A stretch of DNA of 64,000 bases from Callorhinchus milii (taxonomy: Eukaryota). Below, piece by piece: positions 54,318 to 64,000 of the stretch. The stretch covers positions 56,670,001 to 56,734,000 of the forward strand of contig NW_024704742.1 of the NCBI RefSeq assembly GCF_018977255.1, given 5' to 3'. The stretch's first letter is position 1. Every line of letters starts with the position of its first letter. Below the pieces are notes generated by a model. That model saw only the letters and a program-made list of their open reading frames with translations. It made no database searches and was not told the origin of the DNA. The translations under genes were made by a program, and so were the position numbers.

Positions 54318-54944
54318 TGGCTATCCAGGTCTTTGCTTTGGAGTAATTCACAAATGCAGCATCAACTGTTTTTAGTGGGAGTCTGTTTGTTTGGGTGTTT
54401 GTTTTTGGGAGGTGGGCAAGGGGAAAAGGGAAATCTTTAAATCGTTTTGTTTGCTGGAACCTTTATCACTTTTTTAACACATACTTTCTACTTTTACCTT
54501 GTCTAAACCAAATAGCTATCCTAAATCTATATCACTTATGCTTATCATAATGTCACCCAGACAATTGATAGTAAGTCCTCTTTTGAAAGCCTTTCCTAGT
54601 AACCTAGATCTGGAATCAACTGTGTTGCTCTTTTCTTTCTCCAATGCAGCAACTTCCTTTTGAAGGTTGAGTGGCCAGAAGTATATAGCTTTATCAGTTT
54701 GCTTCATTTGTGAGGGCAAAGAAACTTCAGCTTATAGTCAGAAATCTATCTTCGCATAAAGATTAATGTGAACTTTGACATTCTGTCTGCTGCTAACACA
54801 TCTTTTAAACATTTCCTGCCATTCTGTTTTTCTATTGTCAACTTGCACTTATATAGCGCCCTTCACACGGGGTAACGTCCCTGACTTTTTAGTTCCTCTA
54901 ATTCTCCTTCCAGTTAACTTTGCCTACTTTTACTCCCTTTACTG

Positions 54945-55965
54945 AGGTATGCACCCTCGATCCTCACTTTCGATGCCAAGAGTGAAGAGTTCTTTTTCTC
55001 TAAGATAGATAACATCACCCTCTCTTACCCCGTCCCCACCTTACACTCCTGTCCCCCATCTCTCCCTACTTCCTTTCCCCCACCATCGTTCATATAAAGC
55101 CCACCACCTGTTGGCTCAACCCCCACCCAGCTTCTGGTCATTCAACTACCCCTCCTCTGCCCACTGCTGGCTGACACAATCAACCAGACCCTCTCCTCAG
55201 GTCCTATCTTACTCCAACTCAAAACCGCTGTCATCACTCTTCACCTTAAAAAGTCTGCCCTCAATCTCTCCAACCTCCTGTACCTCCACCTCTTGTGGAG
55301 TCCTGTAGCTCAGTGGTTAGAGCACTCGCTTTGCAAGCGAGAGACCTGAGTTCAATTCCAGGCAGAGGGCGAAACCTTGGGCAAGTTTCCTTACTCCACA
55401 CGCCTAATAATAATCCCTCCAAAACCAAAAAAAATAATAAATTGGTCATTTCCAATCCACGACTGTTTGTGGGACATTGCTGTGCGCAATTGGCTGTCGC
55501 GTTCACCCACAAATATACAGTCAATTCACTTTACAGTGTGTTCTTTGAAGCGCTTTGGGACGTCCTCCCTATGTGAAAAGCGCTATATCAAATGCAAGGA
55601 TTATTATTATTATTATAACCTCGCAAACTTCAGACCCATCTCAAACCTGCCCTTCCTGGCCAAAGTTTTGGAACATGTCGTTTCAAATCAACTTCTCCAC
55701 ACCTTTCCCTCCACTGCCTACTCCAACCCCTCCCGTTTAGTTTTCGCCCTACCAACAGTACAGAGTCAACACTCATCAAAGTAACAAATTGCACTCTCTC
55801 TCTGTGACCAGGGCTCCATCTGCCTCCTCATTCTCCTGGACCTCTCCGCCGCATTCGACACAGTCGATCACGCTATCCTCCTCCAACGCCTCTTCTCCCT
55901 CATCCACCTCAGTGGAACCGCACTTGCATGGTTCGAGTTGTACTTAATTAAACCGCCAACAATAC
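54945..55965 (+). mobile_element. L2 fragment (RT N-terminal region) split by a SINE
   Basis: NLANFRPISNLPFLAKVLEHVVSNQL; ctcctcattctcctggacctctccgccgcattcgacacagtcgatcac = [16 protein letters not shown]. Confidence 0.88.
55297..55616 (+). mobile_element. tRNA-Ala-derived SINE, short young subfamily, full length
   Basis: A box tagctcagtgg, anticodon arm ctcgc-tttgcaa-gcgag (TGC), B box gagttcaattcc, (ATT)n tail, TSD aacctc at 55272-55277 and 55617-55622. Confidence 0.93.
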
Positions 55966-55971
55966 ATCTTG

Positions 55972-56118
55972 GCAAATTAGATATTTGTTAGGTCAGGGTA
56001 TTAAGGGATACGGGGCAAGGGCGGGTAATTGGATTTGAGGTACAGATGAGCCATGATCTTATAGAATGGCGGAGCAGGCTCGAGGGGCTGAATGGCTTAC
56101 TCCTGTTTCTATGTTTCT
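55972..56118 (+). mobile_element. CR1 3' end
   Basis: gtattaagggatacgggg..gccatgatcttatagaatggcggagcaggctcgaggggctgaatggcttactcctgtttctatgtttc. Confidence 0.85.
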
Positions 56119-56304
56119 ACACATTGCACCTTCCAGCCGGCAGTTCACTAGTTAGCAATCGGGAGCAGGTGTCCTACCTGATATTTGCCTCCAGACACCA
56201 GAGGTGCTACGTTCATTTGTAGTGCTCCAGCTGAGATCAGCCACCAGCGTACAAATCAAGATGTAACATTCTGATTGGGTGTCTGGTCAAATGCTACCAT
56301 GTGG

Positions 56305-56671
56305 TAATAATATATAATAATAATTCTTCATTTCATATAGCACTGTATCATGTCTTCAAGACGTCTCAAAGCGCTTCACAGAATATACTGTGAATTGACT
56401 ATATTTTGTGGTTGAAATGTGGCAGCCAATTGCACACAGCAGTGTCCCACAAATAGTCGTGGATTGAAGTGACCAATTTATTTTTTTTGAAGGGATTATT
56501 ACCCCCAGAAAAGCGATCCGTCAATCGACTAACAACCAGGCTCCTACTTACTGCTAGTTAAACAGAGGTATGTGGAGTAAGGAAACATGCCCAACATTTT
56601 GTCCTACCGGGGATCGAACCCAGGTCATTCGCTTGCAAGGTGAGTCCTCGGACCACTGAGCTATAGGACTG
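56305..56671 (-). mobile_element. tRNA-derived SINE, long subfamily
   Basis: aaagcgatccgtcaatcgactaacaaccagg..ggatcgaacccagg..accactgagctataggact. Confidence 0.88.
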
Positions 56672-59600
56672 CAAAGTACTTTTGGATATCTGGCTTATAA
56701 AAGCAGTACTTTTACCCACTCGGGAAACCCTACTAATTTCTACACAAATTCCATTGGGCAACTCTCCTGTTGTATCCTCTCTAGAGATGTCAGTCTTCTG
56801 CTTCACAGGTTTATTCTTGTAACTTTATAGTTCCATCTTGTGACCATCTTCTCATATTATCTATGTTTGTGAGCGGTCGTGAATGAATATCAGTCTTGCA
56901 AATCTGACATGAAAGCTAATGGATGGAGAATGTTGTCTGCAATTTTAAGTTTGAACCGTGCACGAACCAGAGTTTCTTTACCAGTGTGACATGTATCGCA
57001 CTTGTTATATGTCAGCCAAGCTCTCGAGTGCTAGGATGGTAGCAGTAAAGCTTCAGTCAGCTGTCGTCTACTGTCTGGTGCCTTGTAACCTAATATTATA
57101 ATCTGCCTTTCATTACAGATATGATTTATCAAAACACATTTAGCGTAACCTAGTAGTTCAGTTTATACGGTGAAGATTTATGGCTAGTTTAGATTTAAGG
57201 TTTATTTAAATGATGCCTTTTAACAGGGTTTTTTTTAAAAAATGCTAGCAGGTGATCTTTGCACCTTGCCTCTCATACCCACAACACATAAACAAATTGG
57301 TGTTTAAAACCATAGCAAAGGATGTTTAACAACCTGCTTTCCGAAAGGGATTTGTGAAAATCTGCAGTATAAAAATAGAAATGAACTCAATGTTGATCTA
57401 TATAATGATATGAAGACAGGTTTAGGTCAGTACAAATATTTCCATCGATCTCTACTCCATTCCACACTCAACAAATGATAGTGTCCTGGTGAAGTTGGCT
57501 ATTTGTTGGCGCTCCATCACATAGAATTAGACTTGTAGGGTGTGGACTTGTACCTTTTACTATAAATACAGTGACTATACCTCAAAGTAAAATCCTGTGA
57601 AACACTTTGAGATGTTTCGATGACATGAAAAGACACAGAGGCAGGAAAAGAAAACTAGATGTGCAAGTTGCCCAGGATATCCTGCTGTTTTGTACATACA
57701 ATGGACAACGGTTCCAGTGTCAGAGCCTTGGGAGAAGACAAGAACACAATCCTGATAAAATTAGAAAAGGGACCTAAGATAAATGGAAATTGCATTTAAA
57801 CACAATCATATTAGTCAAAACAAGCTGGATTTTCCGTCTTTTCCAGAATGTTACTTAAGGTAGGAATAATGCTCTATGTGGTGGTGAGTTTGGGTCCTTT
57901 GAACAACATGAGTGCTTTGGAGGGATGAGATGAAATGGCCTGATGGGCTATCATTGGAACGACTCTTATTTATTTGCAGTGGAATTTCCTATTGTCAGTA
58001 CACTTGCCTCCTAAAGTGAGCTAGAATTATCATTATCTCCGGTAACCTCAATATACCTTATCACACATTTTAACAAAGTCAAAAACTTGAATTGAAGTCA
58101 AAAAGGCTGTAGTGAGATTTATATTTTCTCAAAAATTCAACTATTAATCAACTTAAGTTTTTCAAATAAATAGGCTGAATATTGGGCAAAATCCTTTGTA
58201 CCGTTTTGTCTGCATAATCGTAACCTTGACTACAAGGTAAGTTTGTTTCAATTTATTTGCATTTGTAAGTTGAGGTAAACTGGCTCCCGATTGAATCCGA
58301 TATCCTTGTCAAATCTTTCTATGGTCTCATCCCACCCAACCTCTGGGACCTCCGCCAACCCTACTTTCCCCACTGTTCCCGCTGCTCAGCAAATCAGCCT
58401 CCTGCATATACCTTGTCGTGGTTATCAGCCATTCTCCCCACACTCTTGAGTTTCATCCCGCATTCCATTACCACTCCCACTCCATTACAGTGTAATATTT
58501 AAGAACCTAAGGGATAGCCCTAGGTATGATTTTCTAGGGGCATTATTTATCAGATCAAGACTGAGGCTGATCTGATAAATAATGAGCAATTAAATACTGC
58601 AATAAGTAAGTACCTGTGAGTGAATCATAATAATCTTTGTAGTAGTAAACAGGATGCTTTACAAATTAATTAGGTATTGTTAATTGGCTAAATAGGTGAA
58701 AAAGATTGGTTTAATGAAGCCCTGTATTCCTTCTTGGTTTGGTTACAGCTGGAGGCAGTGAGTGCAGTACACAAATGTGGTGGATGATTCAATGTTTATA
58801 TCACACTCTGAATATTCCAATATTTCCATTGTATTCCGACAAGATCCATATATCTCATTTGTTAATCTTCCAGAGGTCCATATGAAATTCTTCCTCAATC
58901 CTGACATTTATGGGCCCAGTAGAAACTGAGGCACCAACGTCGATTATATTTTTGTCTGGATATTTTGGAAATTTTTGCTTTATTGTATGATAAAGAATTT
59001 ATAAGCCAGATATCCAAGGTTGTGTGATGATTTGTACCATAAATATTCATTTGTAGGTAAGTAATTTGCTATTTGTGGCAATGTGGTAACATTTTTCATG
59101 TCATACCAGTATGCTCTAGGTATATTGTGGCGATTGACAAGACCCATACTATCCATTGAAGTGGTATGAAATCACTTAAAGAAGATAGACTGACATTTGC
59201 ACCAAAGTGCAAAGTAGCCCTTTTAGTTTGGGGCTGTGGGTTTGCTTAGATCTTGGGTCTCCTGTGAACCCACGCAAACCAGAAGGGCAATACACCTGAC
59301 AACCAGGGCTGAAAAATAGCCAATGTCCAGGGTTGCCAGGTCACAGCCAATCTGTTGCACACTATCTATATGCAAGAAATGACACTGACATTGCAGCACA
59401 CAGGAAGTGATGTTCACAGCGAACTGATGTTGTGGATGTGAAGTCTGCCTTTTTTTCATGCTTGCTAATAACTGGAGCCTAGTGTTGTACCCAGATGACG
59501 CTTTATAAGGAAGTTGTCCTGCATGAGGTTAACTTTGCAACCTTTGTAAACATTTTTAGTCTGGTGGACTGTGAAGAACAGAGAGTTCTGTCCCCTCTCA

Positions 59601-59693
59601 CTAACGTTGAACATTAACCAACATTCACATGGTATTATTGAGTTCTGCATACCATTTTTAGAATGGCTCAGTGAGAGAGAGATAATTGCCAGT

Positions 59694-60013
59694 ATAATAA
59701 TAATAATAATCCTTGCATTTGATATAGCGCTTTTCCCGTCGGGAGGACGTCCCAAAGCGCTTCACAGAATATACTGTAAAGTGAATTGACTGTATATTTG
59801 TGGGCGAACGCGGCAGCCAATTGCGCACAGCAATGTCCCACAAACAGTCGTGGATTGAAAATGACCAATTTATTATTTTTTTGTTTTGGAGGGATTATTA
59901 TTAGGCGTGTGGAGTAAGGAAACTTGCCCAAGGTTTCACCCTGCCTGGAACTGAACCCAGGTCTCTCGCTTGCAAAGCAAGTACGCTAACCACTACAGGA
60001 GCTACAGGACTCC
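59694..60013 (-). mobile_element. tRNA-derived SINE, short young subfamily
   Basis: Near-identical to the 24596 copy; tail ccgtcgggaggacgtcccaaagcgc. Confidence 0.93.
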
Positions 60014-63000
60014 ACAATTGTCCAGCTCTCATCATTCTACCACAATTTTTGACATGGTGCCTATAGCATAATTGAGATGGTGGCAAATTGTTGTTGTTTA
60101 TGGGTTCAGAATGTGTGAACTCTGCATAGCCTCTTCAAATGGTTGTTAAAAGGGACAAAAATAATTCTAATGATGTTTGTTTATTGACATCAAGAAGAAA
60201 TACAAAAAAAATCATGGAAACATCTGATTATTGCACAAAGCTACATTGTACATGCAGAATTAATATTGATGGTATGTTTGGAACTGATTTCTAACTTCTG
60301 AAATGATTCCATACCAAGTGAATGATTTGGTCTTTAAATATGTGTGCCTTCTGTAAACAATTTGTGTTAGTTAGAAGTGTTTAACCACAAAAATTGTACA
60401 TTTATATAGCTCCTTTCATATTGAGAGGATGTCTTTGAAGCACTTCAAAGAACGGGCTTAATGAAGGGGGCATGTTGACTAAAAAGCACAGTCACAAGGA
60501 ATGGTTGAGGTGGAGGGAACTCCAGGATTGCAGTTCCAGAGACCGGGAGAAGAATGGTTGAAAACTTACCCCACTGGTGGCGTTAGACACATGTAACCCA
60601 TGCAATTGTTTGAGATAGTGAGGGAACCTCCTGCCATTGTGACTCAGTTACTTGTTGGCTCACACGCTCCAGGCCAGGCTCCACTCTGCTCTGTAAATAG
60701 TTTCCAAAATTATGAAGGGTTTAAATTGATCCTCCCCTTCCTGCTTTCAAAACCCTCTTTTATAAATGGCGTCTCTTTGATTCTATATTTGCTCCCCATC
60801 CTTCAATTCTCCTTCACCCTGTTGTCTCAGTGAGGTGCTTTAACGTTCATCCGTCATGAAATGAATTGATTCCTTTTTGAACTGAGGAGATAGCTTCAGA
60901 CCCATAGAATATTAAAAGTGGCTTTCTTAGTTTTTTGTATTTTTAGTGATACATTTTTTGTAATCCTTTACCTGATCTTTCTTATGCTACGTGACTTTTG
61001 TAATCGTATACAGAACGTGATTTAATTTTGTTGACCCAGCTAGAAATTAGATTTTCACATAGAAGGGGGACCAAATAGATGCATGGTGTCCGTGCCAGGA
61101 TTAAACTACCCACAGCTTTGAATTATGTAACTTGTCAAGAGCATAAGGACGTAACTTATTTCTCCTTATAGATTTCTGTCCACTTTTGCTAGCAGTATCT
61201 GCCTGCTGACCACAGCATGACGGGAGCACATCGACCTCTTCCACATAATTAATTAGTAGAAAAGAATGTGGATGCAACTGATTTACTTATTTCGTCAATG
61301 TTATGAATGGCCTTTAAAAGGAGCAGGTTCATTTACAAAGCAGAGCTGTTGCAATATTGATTCCCAAACTCTACACTTTGCTCTTTCAATCTATAGGACA
61401 AAAGTGTTAGTTTTAGGCACTCTTTAAAAATTTGGTGTTGCCATGTGAGAGTCTCTGTCTGATTCTTTTCCAAGTTAATATGCTGGAAGGTGCAAAGTGG
61501 TGTAATTCATAGCAAAGATGCATACATCATTGTGCTTGAACTTAATGTAGGCAACTAGTGATGGGATAGTTGTCACTGGTGATAATTATCAATGGACAGA
61601 AAATACAGTCAAAACATATCCATAAAACCTGTCCTTATCAACACGTGTGAGAGCGAATTTCTTACCCCACCAACCCCGGGAGAATAGTTTCACCCAGACG
61701 ACCCTTAAGATTAGCGTCTACACCATGGTTTTTTTTAGCTAGTGAAGAGCTGATTTTAAATCCATTCATAGGAACAGTGTTTTAACGCAACTTCTCCAAG
61801 TACTGGCTTAAATTGCAAAGTTACTATAGTCTCTAACATATTGGCACAGCTGTGTCATTTACAGAGCCAGTTGTTCTGACTTTTCCAGTGATGAGTCTAA
61901 CTGAAGACTCCAAAAATGGTGGTAGTCCCTCCTGATGCAGATCAGGGATTTGAATGTGGGGAAGTTTCCATTATTCACTTTTGCATTCTAGTTTTGAGTG
62001 AGTTGATGCTATTATGACTTCTAAATAAATACTGTATTCACATTAAAGTCCAGCCAGGCCACTGACTGTAGCCTCACCTCTGGAGTTATGCTTCCTTTGA
62101 GCCAGGGTGGTATGTGTATTTTGCCTCTGAAAGAAGCAACAGAGTAAATGGTTCACCTCACAACTGTGTGGTGGTCTGAACACTGTGTTGTTCCAGTCAC
62201 AGCTAAGCTGCAAGGCCATCACAATAAGGCTGGTTTAACGTTGCTGGCCTGAAATGTCTGTGAACGGAAAAAAAGTCCCTGCTTTGAAACAAATGTGCTT
62301 ATACGTCAACAGTTGTTTCAATATTACTACTGGTCCTTTTGGATCTCATCCTGCAGTGCAAAAGCACAGGTTCCCAGCACTAGCAACCATAGACTACTTT
62401 ACATCCTGACACACAGAGCTTGATAATACAGACAATGCATCAAGTGACAATGACTGGAATCAGTTTACATCTGTAATCGATTTACCTAATTCTAAAATAT
62501 TGGCATTTCATTTGATACCCAGTTGTAGTAAGTAAGCACAGTTCAACCTGATCAGCTTTTGAGGTTTTTTTTAAAAAAGCTATCAATTTTCTATTATTTA
62601 TTATTATTATTTCATCCTTTCAATTAAATGTATATTGTTTTCTAGACGCAATTAATTGAATCTTTAGTCTCCTTCACTTTTGGGACAGACATTGTATAAG
62701 CTTGTATTCCTAGCTACAACATTTGTGAAATAACATTTAATTGCCCTCAAGTATAATATACTATATATTCTGTGTGTGTCTAATATATTCCACCACTGAG
62801 ACTGTCAGTGACCCACATATAATTTGCCTTAAGTGTTACTAGTTGTGACTTTCTTAATAGAATTACAAGAATATCAGATAAATTGTGCTGCATGTACCAG
62901 CAAGTCAGCTGAGTTTTAAAAGACTATCTTTTGAAAGACGTTCCTCCCTTCTTTGCCAACAGTATCACAAAGCAAAATGCCATCTGCTAAACATTGTTTA

Positions 63001-63756
63001 TGTAGCCACGGACATTTCTCAAATCTCATATCCGGCCCTCAGTCGCCAAAAGGTTTAACCACCCTGATCTACAAAATGCTGCTGCTCTCCTACAGAGAGG
63101 AAGATGGAGGCATTGTGGGCACTCCTTATCATCCCTAATGACTGGTTCAATGTTATGGCTTCTCCGGAGGCCAAACGCTTGCTCTCTCACCCACCGCTGA
63201 CTTGCATTTATAAAGTGACCTTCACTTAGAATAATGTTATGCAGCACTTTACAGTGATTGGGACGGATGCCTAACAGCAGGGAGAGGCGTAGGGGGAGAT
63301 AACATTGGCGCGGTCAAAGAGGTAGGTTTTAAGTTGAGGTGGGATTTGAAGACCGATTTTAGAGGGGGGGGTGAGACTGAGAGGATAAAGAGGGAGGGTG
63401 CAGAGATTGGGGGAAGTGGGTTCAGTGAAATAGCTGAATGAAGGGATTTTCATTCTTTTGGATTTTATATAATTCCTTTTTCTTTCCTTCATTATTTCCA
63501 GGATTGGAAAGACCTGCTCTGTAAATAACGTATCAGAGCAGCCCAGCAATTGTCTCTGTAATTTCCCACCTTCCACTTGACGCCTTCTTTTAACAATCTG
63601 ATGAAGATCAGGAACGCACTATGAGAGAATCGCTGGTGTAGAGTGGAATGCTAGTCATTCAGCGGGCTGCATTATCAGGCACAATCCTACCATTTTAATA
63701 TGTGATTCTGGGGTTCTAACCTCTAGATATGTTCAGCATCCTGTATGTTGTGTTAA

Positions 63757-64000
63757 GAACATAAGAACATAAGAAATAGAAGAAGGAGTAGGCCATTCGG
63801 CCCCTCAGCCTGCCCCGCCATTCAATAAGATCATGGCTGATCGATTCTAACTCCACCTACCTGCCTTATCCCCATATCTTTTAATCCCTTTATCCACAAG
63901 AAATCTATCAATCTCAGTCGAATATGTTCAAGGACTCAGCATCTATAGCCCTTTAGGGTAGAGAATTCCATAAATTCACTACCCTCTGAGTGAAGAAGGT
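63757..64000 (-). mobile_element. CR1 LINE 3' end (runs off the window)
   Basis: (aagaacat)n tail then ggagtaggccattcggcccctc..attcaataagatcatggctgatc..gagaattcca..accctctgagtgaagaa. Confidence 0.88.

Noticed and set aside
55297..55370. tRNA-Ala gene
   Set aside because: Has A/B boxes and an anticodon arm but no proper acceptor stem or oligo-T terminator, and continues into a multi-copy SINE body
58174..58236. 63-nt in-frame candidate exon (AEYWAKSFVPFCLHNRNLDYK) with donor AAG|GTAAGT
   Set aside because: Acceptor has a weak pyrimidine tract and the peptide is not recognised; cannot be supported without transcript data

Overview
Eukaryotic, AT-rich, repeat-dense vertebrate DNA with no recognisable host protein-coding exon. 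The repeat content suggests a cartilaginous fish, possibly a chimaera (inference from recalled repeat families, no database search): tRNA-Ala-headed SINEs with (ATT)n tails, SacSINE1-like DeuSINEs, L2 LINEs with (TTG)n tails and shark-type CR1 3' ends. A repeat-free island at ~9.3-13.4 kb looks like a + strand promoter and non-coding first exon (RFX X-box, CCAAT box, G-tract, AAG|GTAAGA donor at 11200). The remaining ~53 kb would then be mostly one long intron of an unidentified gene. Nearly all listed ORFs are retroelement remnants or chance ORFs. The most notable structures are: a head-to-head nested pair of non-autonomous Helitron-like elements carrying a minisatellite, inserted in a CR1; reciprocal SINE-in-L2 and L2-in-SINE nesting; covarying 3' stem-loops shared by L2 and SINE subfamilies; and a duplicated ~55-bp unique-sequence module at 51.2/52.3 kb. 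Boundaries of old repeats are approximate.
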